IMG/VR virus record: IMGVR_UViG_3300013137_002966
Location: 1 to 64,000 of that record
Length of the DNA: 64,000 nucleotides
Direction: 5' to 3' (one strand)
DNA from: a virus
The notes under the pieces were generated by a model. That model did no database searches, was not told the origin of the DNA, and saw nothing but the letters and a program-made list of their open reading frames with translations. Numbering within the stretch: the first letter of the stretch is position 1; every line of letters starts with the position of its first letter. A program made the translations under genes and the position numbers. This document shows positions 9,292 to 18,362 of this stretch, piece after piece.

Positions 9292-10487
9292 TGGGATTTT
9301 TTAGAGGACCAAATATAATAAAGAGTAATCTAGCAATTTGTGTTGATGCTGGTAATACAAAAAGTTTTGTAGGAGAACCAACAACTAATTATGCGATTAA
9401 TTGGGATCCCTGGACTGTTAATGGTGAAAACACTAATGTTACTGGTACTATGGATGTTCCTATATCTACATCTAAAACTTGGAAATTTCAAAAATTCGGA
9501 ACTTCTGATCAATGGAATGGCTGGGAATCTACTTATGGCGGAATTTGGACTGGAAGCGCTGGAGATATTTGGACAACTAGTTATTGGTATAAAACATTGA
9601 GTCCTGCAGGACTTAGTAGTTTTTCAATTGGTGCATTCTATTTAAGTAATTGGTCTAGACCTTATAGTACATCAACAATAGCAAATTATAATTCAATAAT
9701 TGCTGATGGATTGTGGCATTATAATTATACAACAGTACAAATTAATGAGGATTATAGTTCGGCTGTCATTGTAGATGGACCTTCTTGGAGTTATAGTACA
9801 CAGGCAGGCTTATTATATATAAATGGCTTACAATGGGAAAAGAAATCTTATCCTACTCCTTATTCAACCGGAACAAGAGGTGCCACAGTCGCAACTGGTG
9901 GTGGACTAAGAGATTTAACTAACAATGGTTATAATGGTGATTTAACTTATATGACATTTGATTCATCAGGAATGGATTATAATGGCTCAAGTTCCTATAT
10001 TACTTTATCTGGTAACGGAACTAGTTTAAATTCACAATATTTTACTATAGATGTTTGGGCTAAATTTGATGATTTAGGTGCTGATCATGTCTTATTTAGT
10101 TATGATTATGCTACTCATGTAAATCCATATTATTCTGCTCATCTTAGAATATCGGATCCATCTGTAATATACTTTATGTGGAATGATGGTTCAACTTATC
10201 AGTATTTAAATAAAACATCAGCACCATTGGGAACAACTACCTATCATAATATTGTTGCAATTTATGCACCAGGTGATCAACGATTATATGTTGATGGTGT
10301 ATTGGTTAATTCAAGTACAAGAAATGATACTATTACTTTTTATGGTACACCTGTTTGGCTTGGAAAAGGTAATTATGGTGGATATCATAATGGTAGAATT
10401 GGTAATGTAAAGTACTATAAGAGAGCATTATCTGGTTCAGAGGTTGTTCAGAATTACAATGCATTAAAAACAAGATTTGGATCATAA
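9291..10487 (+). CDS. LamG-like protein with inserted CBM-like domain
   Basis: SFVGEPTTN...QWEKKSYPTPYSTGTRG; TAATG overlap. Confidence 0.75.
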   Translation: MGFFRGPNIIKSNLAICVDAGNTKSFVGEPTTNYAINWDPWTVNGENTNVTGTMDVPISTSKTWKFQKFGTSDQWNGWESTYGGIWTGSAGDIWTTSYWYKTLSPAGLSSFSIGAFYLSNWSRPYSTSTIANYNSIIADGLWHYNYTTVQINEDYSSAVIVDGPSWSYSTQAGLLYINGLQWEKKSYPTPYSTGTRGATVATGGGLRDLTNNGYNGDLTYMTFDSSGMDYNGSSSYITLSGNGTSLNSQYFTIDVWAKFDDLGADHVLFSYDYATHVNPYYSAHLRISDPSVIYFMWNDGSTYQYLNKTSAPLGTTTYHNIVAIYAPGDQRLYVDGVLVNSSTRNDTITFYGTPVWLGKGNYGGYHNGRIGNVKYYKRALSGSEVVQNYNALKTRFGS

Positions 10488-11698
10488 TGTTTACAGGACC
10501 AAATACAATAAAAGATGGATTAGTATTTTGCTATGATATGGGAAATACTGAGAAAAGTTGGAAAGGTAGACCTTTTACAAATCAATTTCATTGTCCAACA
10601 CCAGATGGTGATGGTAATGTTACTTTTGAGATTAATGGAAACGGAACTTTTAAACGTATTTTCTCAGGTACATATGGTGAGTATGTGATTAAATCTACTG
10701 ATATTGTATATAAATATGTGTTAGGAGAGACAGGCTGTCATTATCACGGAAATGATGTAACAATAAATCAAGGACAAACAGCTACTTTTACGTGCGACTA
10801 TTATTTAGATCCAAGTTGTGGACCAGATTGGGTTTCAACTAATTTTTTAGCAAATATGGAAGGTGTTGTTGGTGGAAGTGTTGGAGTTCCAGCACCTTAT
10901 ACTCTTGGTGTGTGGAAGACATTCACATGGAGTTACACCGCAGGATCAACTGGTACTTGTAGAATGCTTTTATATCCAGGTGGTTGCGGTGGATATTTAT
11001 CAGCAGCCGGCTTTATTCTATATAAAAATCCACAAGTAGAATTTGATGCTCCAGGTAATGTACCTTCACCATTTGTTGTTGGAACTAGAACTGAAACACA
11101 AGCCATTTTAGATTTAACTGAAAATAACACAATTACAGTGTCTGCTCTTACATATAATTCTGATAATACTTTTAGTTTTAATGGAAGTATAAGTAGAATT
11201 GATACTGGTTCTTATTTTCCAACAGTTATTACAGGTAATAATAATTTTACTATAGAATGTTGGGTTTATCCAGAAGCATCACAACCAACATTAGCTGATA
11301 TATGGGGAAATCATACTGAACCTTATAAAGGTTTAACAATGCAACAGAATGGTGCGACAACAAATCAATTTTCGTGGGGATATGGGGCTGGAACCTATTG
11401 GTCTAATAACTCAGGTTTATTTAATTTAACAGCATCAAAGTGGAATCATGTAATAGCAACTAGGAACGGCTCAAATCTATCTGCATATGTGAATGCTGTT
11501 TTAATTACGTATGGTGAAGATTCTGGTGCACTTTCACCGAACTCTAATTTTAATTTTCAATTTGGTACAGGATATAATTTGGGCTCAGGTAGAAATTTTA
11601 ACGGAAAAATAGCCTTAGGAAAGATTTATGATAGAGCATTAACAGCAGCAGAAATTTTACAAAATTATGTTGCATTAAAAACAAGATTTGGATTATAA
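10487..11698 (+). CDS. LamG-like protein with inserted CBM-like domain
   Basis: SWKGRPFTN...QVEF..PSPFVVGTR; FTIECWVYP; TAATG overlap. Confidence 0.75.
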   Translation: MFTGPNTIKDGLVFCYDMGNTEKSWKGRPFTNQFHCPTPDGDGNVTFEINGNGTFKRIFSGTYGEYVIKSTDIVYKYVLGETGCHYHGNDVTINQGQTATFTCDYYLDPSCGPDWVSTNFLANMEGVVGGSVGVPAPYTLGVWKTFTWSYTAGSTGTCRMLLYPGGCGGYLSAAGFILYKNPQVEFDAPGNVPSPFVVGTRTETQAILDLTENNTITVSALTYNSDNTFSFNGSISRIDTGSYFPTVITGNNNFTIECWVYPEASQPTLADIWGNHTEPYKGLTMQQNGATTNQFSWGYGAGTYWSNNSGLFNLTASKWNHVIATRNGSNLSAYVNAVLITYGEDSGALSPNSNFNFQFGTGYNLGSGRNFNGKIALGKIYDRALTAAEILQNYVALKTRFGL

Positions 11699-12933
11699 TG
11701 TTTACAGGACCGAATATAGCAAAAGATGGATTAGTATTAGCAGTAGATGCTGCTAATATAAAAAGTTTTAGGGGAGAGCCTGGAACTAACATATTAACTG
11801 AGATGGCTTATATTTATGGTACACAAACAGGTGCTTATTTTAAAACTAGTTATGGTACAGAAACTGTAAATATACCAAAAATTGGAGTCACAACCGCACA
11901 TTATTGTAATATTTATAATGATTATCCAGCATCTGAAAGTTGTTGTCCAAGTTTATTTAGATATGGTGATGTAGCCGTATCTGCTAATACATCTTATACT
12001 TATCAAATTATTTTTAGAACAAATAATGGATATGTAAATGATAATTATATGTATCATTATGAATATAATACAGATACATATCTAGCTGAATATGGTTTAT
12101 ATTCAGGATCAAGAGTTGAGGATTTAGGTGACGGATGGATTCATGCGTGGGGTACATTTACATCACATGCATCAGCCAATAGATTTATATGCTATTTGTT
12201 TCATTATGAATATGCTACATATAATAAGATAGAAATAGCAGGTGTTATGTTAACACCCAGAAGTAATGTAATTTCATATAAGCATTTTATTGCCTTAAAT
12301 ACAACTAGAGGTGCAACTGTAGCAACCGGTGGAGGTTGGAAAGATTTATCAATATACTCTAATAATGGTCAGTTATTTAATGCACCAACATATAGTAACT
12401 ATAATTGTGGCTCATTAGTTTTTAATGGTAGTAATCAAAATATAGGTATTACTAGTAATATAACAGTTAATCCAAGAACAGGTTCATTTACTATTATAGC
12501 TTGGGTTAATTCTGATCCTTCTGGTGGTGATAATTGGGATTTATGGATATCAAAAAGAAGTACAGGAAGTAATGGATTTTATATAGGTGCTAATAGCCCA
12601 AGTGGAGTTAGATTTATGTTGGGTAATGATGCTGGTAGTAGAACGGACACTGGATTTATATCTTATACCTCAAATACGTGGGCAATGTTTACTGGTGTTT
12701 TAAATAGAGATACTAATAGTCAAAAAATTATAAGAAATAATTTTGAGGAAACATCTTCAGTAGAACCTGCTGGCGAAAATTATTCAAATGATGCTTCTTT
12801 ACTTATTGGAGGCGAAGGTGGTTCTTATTTCGTTAATGGGAAAATTGCTATAGTTTTAGTTTATAATAAAGCCCTTTCGGATTCAGAAATTACTCAAAAT
12901 TATAACGCATATAAGAGTAGATTTGGATTATAA
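11698..12933 (+). CDS. LamG-like protein with inserted CBM-like domain
   Basis: SFRGEPGTN...TTRGATVATGGGWKDLS; TAATG overlap. Confidence 0.75.
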   Translation: MFTGPNIAKDGLVLAVDAANIKSFRGEPGTNILTEMAYIYGTQTGAYFKTSYGTETVNIPKIGVTTAHYCNIYNDYPASESCCPSLFRYGDVAVSANTSYTYQIIFRTNNGYVNDNYMYHYEYNTDTYLAEYGLYSGSRVEDLGDGWIHAWGTFTSHASANRFICYLFHYEYATYNKIEIAGVMLTPRSNVISYKHFIALNTTRGATVATGGGWKDLSIYSNNGQLFNAPTYSNYNCGSLVFNGSNQNIGITSNITVNPRTGSFTIIAWVNSDPSGGDNWDLWISKRSTGSNGFYIGANSPSGVRFMLGNDAGSRTDTGFISYTSNTWAMFTGVLNRDTNSQKIIRNNFEETSSVEPAGENYSNDASLLIGGEGGSYFVNGKIAIVLVYNKALSDSEITQNYNAYKSRFGL

Positions 12934-12954
12934 AATTATATTTATATATAAGAT

Positions 12955-13167
12955 ATGAGAATAGAAGAATCAATAGTAGAAGGTGTTTTAGTTCGTAATA
13001 TGATTTATGATGAAACTGATCTTTCAACAGAAGAACAAAGAAATACTTGGATAACAATTTGTAACAACTGTGACAAGAATAACAATGGTATTTGTACAAT
13101 ATGTGGTTGTATTATTCAATCACTAATGTCGTTTAGTAATTCACATTGCTCAATAAATAAATGGTAA
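12955..13167 (+). CDS. Small Cys-rich (probable Zn-binding) protein
   Basis: CxxC...CxxCGC...CSINKW pattern. Confidence 0.6.
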   Translation: MRIEESIVEGVLVRNMIYDETDLSTEEQRNTWITICNNCDKNNNGICTICGCIIQSLMSFSNSHCSINKW

Positions 13168-13168
13168 T

Positions 13169-13726
13169 ATGAGTACTTATGGAGGTCAAAGAAGTATATT
13201 AGTAACATCAGCCAATATATATGCTGTTAATTTAAGTAATTGTATATTACTTGATAGTGGTGATAAAGGTATTTTTGGTGGTTATATGGTTAAAGTTTAC
13301 CACAACACTAGTGGCTGCGGAAATCCATCTTCTTATATCTTTTTAGAATTAAACGATAGTCATCCTTGGACTGGTATAGCATGTGAATTTGAATTAGGTG
13401 GAACTGCTTCTTGTTGGAATTTTAATTATAACGGTGATGGATATTTACTGAACTATTCTGAAAATGATGGTGATATTATTCCAAATGAAAGATGTCTTAA
13501 TTGTTGGGAATATGCTGAGTTTAGAACTCATAGCAAAGTTACTGCTTGTGATAATGATTCTAATAATTTTTTTCACGGAGGATATCAAAAAGGAGATCCT
13601 AAAATATTTCTAATGAAACGTAGAAGAGATGGTAGCGGTAATAAAGCCGGTATATATCATTATAGAAGTTGTAACAGCACTGGTGCCAGTTCATATACAA
13701 TAATAAAAAATATAAGAATTTGGTAA
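13169..13726 (+). CDS. Hypothetical Cys-containing beta-rich protein within the adhesin array
   Basis: 185-aa ORF, abutting neighbours; no recognised motif. Confidence 0.6.
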   Translation: MSTYGGQRSILVTSANIYAVNLSNCILLDSGDKGIFGGYMVKVYHNTSGCGNPSSYIFLELNDSHPWTGIACEFELGGTASCWNFNYNGDGYLLNYSENDGDIIPNERCLNCWEYAEFRTHSKVTACDNDSNNFFHGGYQKGDPKIFLMKRRRDGSGNKAGIYHYRSCNSTGASSYTIIKNIRIW

Positions 13727-14892
13727 TGAGTTCAATAGGTGGTGCAAATATAGTAAAAAATAGACTTTTGTTAGGTTACGATATTGGTGGTTCTAGATTT
13801 TATCCAGGCGAACCTACTGTTAATTTATCACCTAATGTTCATATTGGCGGTGTTGCTGGAATTACAATATCTTATATTACTATTGAAAATGGTTGGAAAA
13901 AATATAGCATAAGTGGTACTTGGGCATCAGGCTCATATCCATATTGCATGGCTCTAGACGGTTATAATTTTACAGGTGGCGCTATGTACTCATCAAGTTG
14001 TATAGTTAAAACTAATGTTTTAGGTAAATTTGATTATAAATTTGCAGGTATGAATTATGTTAATCAGCCTATGGATTATGGCGGAACATCTTTTAGTATC
14101 ATGAATACAGATGGTGAAGTATTTGTTGGTAGATATGGTTTTCAATATACATCAACGACAACTCAATCTGGATATTTAGTAGTAAAGCCATTAGCTGACG
14201 GTACATCTTTCAGTGCTGATACTGATTTTGTCTGGCTTAAAAATGCACAAATTGAGCAGAAATCTCATGTTACTCCTTATGTTAATGGAACTAGATCCGC
14301 AACTCAAAGTCTTCTTGATTTAGCTGGAACATATTCACTTGATGTATCATCTCTTCTTTTTGATTCTGTTGCACAACCTTATTTTAATGGTTCTAATTAC
14401 ATAAGTGTAAATATCAATTCTTGGATTAGAAATGCTGCTTATATTTCAATTTCAGGCTGGTATTACCATATAGGTAATACTTTGGGTGCACCTTGGGGAA
14501 TATTAACAAATGTTCCTGGAACAGCAGCATCAGATGGTTTTTGGTGGCATATTAATTATTCAGGTGATCTTTATCTTAGAACGGAAGATAGCACAAATGG
14601 TGAATATGATGGTACATATACCCCTTTTGTATCTGCAGGACATTGGTATCATATTGTAACTATTGTCGGAACTAATAAATTTGATGTATATCTCAATGGA
14701 TCTTTATATTTATCTTGGAGTCCAGTTTTTTCTTGGTCATTGATAAATTCTGATACAGCTTATTTAACAATTGGATATAGTTATAGTGAAGGTGTTAATG
14801 GATATGTAAAACAATTTGCTTTATATGATAGAGCATTAACAGCATCTGAAGTCTTACAAAATTATAACGCACATAAAGGTAGATTTGTATAA
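13726..14892 (+). CDS. LamG-like protein with inserted CBM-like domain
   Basis: ATG at 13726 (TAATG overlap); FYPGEPTVN...QIEQKSHVTPYVNGTR; YDRALTASEVLQNY. Confidence 0.75.
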   Translation: MSSIGGANIVKNRLLLGYDIGGSRFYPGEPTVNLSPNVHIGGVAGITISYITIENGWKKYSISGTWASGSYPYCMALDGYNFTGGAMYSSSCIVKTNVLGKFDYKFAGMNYVNQPMDYGGTSFSIMNTDGEVFVGRYGFQYTSTTTQSGYLVVKPLADGTSFSADTDFVWLKNAQIEQKSHVTPYVNGTRSATQSLLDLAGTYSLDVSSLLFDSVAQPYFNGSNYISVNINSWIRNAAYISISGWYYHIGNTLGAPWGILTNVPGTAASDGFWWHINYSGDLYLRTEDSTNGEYDGTYTPFVSAGHWYHIVTIVGTNKFDVYLNGSLYLSWSPVFSWSLINSDTAYLTIGYSYSEGVNGYVKQFALYDRALTASEVLQNYNAHKGRFV

Positions 14893-15587
14893 TGTACACC
14901 GGACCTAATATAGCAAAGAATGGATTGGTTCTGTGTTTAGACGCAGGTAACATAAAATCATATCCTGGAACAGGAACAGAATGGACAGATCTATCTAGTC
15001 ATGATAATCACGCTACAATGTATGGATCTGTACCATTTTCAATAGATACATTTGGATGTTTTGATTTTGCAACTGCAACTGGTGCCGCCTCTGCTAGTTC
15101 TAGCCTTGGATTTACATTTGCTTCTAATATGATTCCAAGAACAGGAAATTTTACTTTATCATGCTGGGTAAAAAATCCAAATACTAGTGTTGGTCAGGTT
15201 GGACTTTTTTCAAATGCAGGTGGGGGCGATGGATATAGATTCGGTGTAGGGCGGGATGCTGTTTATTTTTTAATCGGACCAGATTATACAGAAGGTGGTA
15301 TAGGATATGGAACAACTTTGAGCGATGCGATCTGGTACAATATAACTGCTGTATTTAATAGAACAGGAGCATCAGTTGTTGTTTTTGTAAATGGTGCACA
15401 ATATAACTCTTCTAGTATACCAGCTTCACAAACACAAATGCAAAATAATCCACCCGGATTAGTTAGAAGCGCCTGTTGCAGTATTTATACAGGTAAATTA
15501 GCAACTTTTTTTGTATATAATAGAGATTTGTCTTCTTCTGAAATTTTACAAAATTATATAGCACATAAAACTAGATATGGATTATAA
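14892..15587 (+). CDS. LamG-like protein
   Basis: GLVLCLDAGNIKSYPGTGTEWTDLS; FTLSCWVK; family C-terminus. Confidence 0.8.
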   Translation: MYTGPNIAKNGLVLCLDAGNIKSYPGTGTEWTDLSSHDNHATMYGSVPFSIDTFGCFDFATATGAASASSSLGFTFASNMIPRTGNFTLSCWVKNPNTSVGQVGLFSNAGGGDGYRFGVGRDAVYFLIGPDYTEGGIGYGTTLSDAIWYNITAVFNRTGASVVVFVNGAQYNSSSIPASQTQMQNNPPGLVRSACCSIYTGKLATFFVYNRDLSSSEILQNYIAHKTRYGL

Positions 15588-15605
15588 CGTTTTAATATAT
15601 AAATT

Positions 15606-15632
15606 AAACATTGTAATTAAAATATAATATAA
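15606..15632 (+). promoter_or_regulatory. Promoter-like motif AAC-N18-TATAA
   Basis: AAAC-N18-TATAA-N6-ATG. Confidence 0.6.
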
Positions 15633-15638
15633 CAAATT

Positions 15639-15989
15639 ATGGCACATTTTGCAGAGATAAATGAGAATAATATTGTAGTAAGAATTCTTACTGTTCCGAA
15701 TGAGCAAGAACATAGAGGACAAGAATATTTAGCAGAAGATTTAGGATTGGGTGGTAGATGGATTCAAACATCTTATAATAGTAATATCAGAAATGTATAT
15801 GCAGGTGTTGGATATATATATAATGAAGAAAAGGATATATTTTTATCTCCAAAACCTTATCCTTCTTGGATAATAAATGAAAGTGGTTACTGGGAAGCAC
15901 CAATACCGAGACCAACTAATTCAAGTAAGGTGTATTCTTGGAATGAAAATTTACAACAATGGGACGAAAATAATTTCATTATACCTTAA
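15639..15989 (+). CDS. Conserved phage protein (MAHFAE.. family), usually found next to glycine-rich fibre genes
   Basis: MAHFAEINENNIV...WIQTSYN..R..YAG.GY.Y....D.F..PKPYPSW. Confidence 0.65.
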   Translation: MAHFAEINENNIVVRILTVPNEQEHRGQEYLAEDLGLGGRWIQTSYNSNIRNVYAGVGYIYNEEKDIFLSPKPYPSWIINESGYWEAPIPRPTNSSKVYSWNENLQQWDENNFIIP

Positions 15990-15996
15990 TTTTAAT

Positions 15997-16755
15997 ATGA
16001 AAATAGGTTTCGGTATTTTTTGTTTTGGTAGGAACTATTATTATAGAGGTGCTTATAATAAAGCAAAAAAGATATTAGAATCAAATCACAATTGTTATTT
16101 ATTAACTGAAAATCCAAATTTTTTTAAAGATCTATCTAATGTTCATATAATTCCATATTATAGAACTTACAAGTCGTACTATGATAAAATGATATTACCA
16201 AAACACATTCTTAATGATTGTGATATTTGTATTTTAATGGATGCTGATTTAGAAATTAAAGATTATTCATTTTTAGATGATTTAAGAGATTATAATTTTA
16301 GGGAGGGAATTTCGTACATTGATGTCTTATTAAATCATCCAGAGAGAAAAGAATATGTAGGTGAGCTTAATTTATATTCGAGTGAGTGGAATGAATTTAG
16401 AATTTATTGTGAAAATATATTCCCAGATTTTAAAAATATTAAATTAATGTGGGAATATTTCTTAGTAATCAATAAGAAAGGTTTTAGTTTTGATTTTTAT
16501 TCTCATTATGATAAATTACAAATAAAGAAGGAAAGTTGTAGTTTATTTCCTTGTAAAGAGGTTAATGCACCAGGCGAAGGTATTTCAATTAATATATCCG
16601 CAAAACTTTCAAATATTAAAATTGATAGAGATTTAGATTTATATAATTTAGTAAATAGTAAAATTAAAAGTTCCAGTAGCAGATTTAGTACTAATCCTGT
16701 ATGCAATGAATATCCCAAATGTCCTCATTGCTTTAATTGTAGAGTACATTCTTAA
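15997..16755 (+). CDS. Putative glycosyltransferase (GT-A, DxD)
   Basis: LLTEN and ILMDADL motifs; start placed at MKIGFG (15997) to avoid a long overlap. Confidence 0.5.
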   Translation: MKIGFGIFCFGRNYYYRGAYNKAKKILESNHNCYLLTENPNFFKDLSNVHIIPYYRTYKSYYDKMILPKHILNDCDICILMDADLEIKDYSFLDDLRDYNFREGISYIDVLLNHPERKEYVGELNLYSSEWNEFRIYCENIFPDFKNIKLMWEYFLVINKKGFSFDFYSHYDKLQIKKESCSLFPCKEVNAPGEGISINISAKLSNIKIDRDLDLYNLVNSKIKSSSSRFSTNPVCNEYPKCPHCFNCRVHS

Positions 16756-16780
16756 ACTTTTTATTTTTTTATAATTATAA
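16754..16780 (+). promoter_or_regulatory. Promoter-like motif AAC-N18-TATAA
   Basis: AAAC-N18-TATAA-N6-ATG. Confidence 0.65.
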
Positions 16781-16786
16781 TATTTT

Positions 16787-17518
16787 ATGATTTTAGATAA
16801 TGAATTCATAAAGCATAATATTACAAATAATGATGATAAGTCCGTTCCTTTTCGTTGGACTCATGGTGCAACAGATGAGCATATGGGTGATGGTTTAATT
16901 GTTTACTCTTTAATTCAGCACATGAGAGCTAAAAACTGTGTCTGCATTGGCTCAGGTGGTGGTTATATACCACGAATAATGACACAAGCAAGAATAGATT
17001 TACATGGACAAAATATTTTTGAAGGTAATCCTGATTACAATTGGGGTGATATTGGTGCAACATATTTGATAGATCCTTGTAATGGTATCGGAGGACCATC
17101 AGATGTAGATGATGAAAAATCTTTTTTTAGAACTCATTTTTATCCAAGATATATTAAAGATACATCAGAAAATGCGTTCTACAATTTTTTTGTAGTACAG
17201 GATATAAAAATAGATATTTTATTCGTAGATGGTGATCATACTTATGATGGTGTCAAAAAGGATTTTGAATTATATTCAACAATTTTATCCAAAAATGGTA
17301 TAATAATTATACATGATACTGATGAAAGATTTGAAAATAAATTAATTATATCTGAAGATGCAAAGAAAGACTATTTTAAATTTGATGGTCCCAGTAGACT
17401 TATTAAAGAATTACAAAATAGTACTGAATGGAATATAATTAATTTATTTAATTTTGGCATACTTAATACTAAACCATCATCAAGCGGATTGACAATTATA
17501 AATAGAAAGAATGATTAG
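16787..17518 (+). CDS. Class I SAM-dependent methyltransferase (Methyltransf_24-like)
   Basis: CIGSGGG; IDILFVDGDHTYDGVKKDF; GIIIIHD. Confidence 0.8.
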   Translation: MILDNEFIKHNITNNDDKSVPFRWTHGATDEHMGDGLIVYSLIQHMRAKNCVCIGSGGGYIPRIMTQARIDLHGQNIFEGNPDYNWGDIGATYLIDPCNGIGGPSDVDDEKSFFRTHFYPRYIKDTSENAFYNFFVVQDIKIDILFVDGDHTYDGVKKDFELYSTILSKNGIIIIHDTDERFENKLIISEDAKKDYFKFDGPSRLIKELQNSTEWNIINLFNFGILNTKPSSSGLTIINRKND

Positions 17519-18362
17519 GCTACTAACAGTTATCGGACATGGTTTAGAACTTTTGCCACATTTTATTCAACATTATGCAGCAAGTGTTGACGAAATAAAC
17601 ATTATAGTATATTCATCTGAAAAATATCCAGACATAGAAGATGATATTAAAGAATTTATTAAATCATATTCAAATGTAAAAATAGTTTACTCCGAATTTT
17701 GGAGAATATATGATTGGGAACATGTAACAAAACTATATAATAAAATCAAATCTAAATATCCTGATGATTGGTGGATTATTGCAGATATAGATGAATTTCA
17801 GGTATATTCTAAGAATATCAAAGAGATAGTATGTGAATGTGAAGAAAATAATTGGCAATTTGTGACAGGTGGATTTATAGATAGAATAGGTCAAAATGGT
17901 GATTTTCCAAGTATATCTTCAAATTCTAGTATTTGGATACAATTTCCAATGGCTGGATTTTTTAGATATCCTATTTCTAATGCTTGTCCAAATAAAGTTA
18001 CATTATGCAAAGGTAATATAGAAATATCTAATGGTCAACATTATGCAATTATAGAAGGACAGACTACATGGAGATGGCAAGGTTGGAATCATCCATTAAG
18101 ATATCCTATTGATAGAAATTTTACACAAGTACATCATTTCAAATGGGATTCTTCAGTTAAAAGAAGATTAAAAGCTGTCGCAGAAATAAAAAAAGATTAT
18201 GCTTATTCAGACGAGTATAGAGCAATGTATGAATATCTAAAAAAGAACAAATTTAAAATTGACATTTCAAATAACAATTTTTTATTTGAATACTCTCCAA
18301 TTTTAGGCTATGAATATTATAAAAAATGGAAACTATTAACAAAAAAAATAATTTCAATATGA
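17511..18362 (+). CDS. Glycosyltransferase family 2-like
   Basis: LLPHFIQHY; WWIIADIDEF; HHFKW. Confidence 0.7.
   Translation: MIRLLTVIGHGLELLPHFIQHYAASVDEINIIVYSSEKYPDIEDDIKEFIKSYSNVKIVYSEFWRIYDWEHVTKLYNKIKSKYPDDWWIIADIDEFQVYSKNIKEIVCECEENNWQFVTGGFIDRIGQNGDFPSISSNSSIWIQFPMAGFFRYPISNACPNKVTLCKGNIEISNGQHYAIIEGQTTWRWQGWNHPLRYPIDRNFTQVHHFKWDSSVKRRLKAVAEIKKDYAYSDEYRAMYEYLKKNKFKIDISNNNFLFEYSPILGYEYYKKWKLLTKKIISI

Noticed and set aside
1048-15587. Diversity-generating retroelement or invertase shufflon behind LamG variation
   Set aside because: No reverse transcriptase, no template/variable repeat pair with adenine-specific differences, no recombinase; all cassettes are co-oriented full genes
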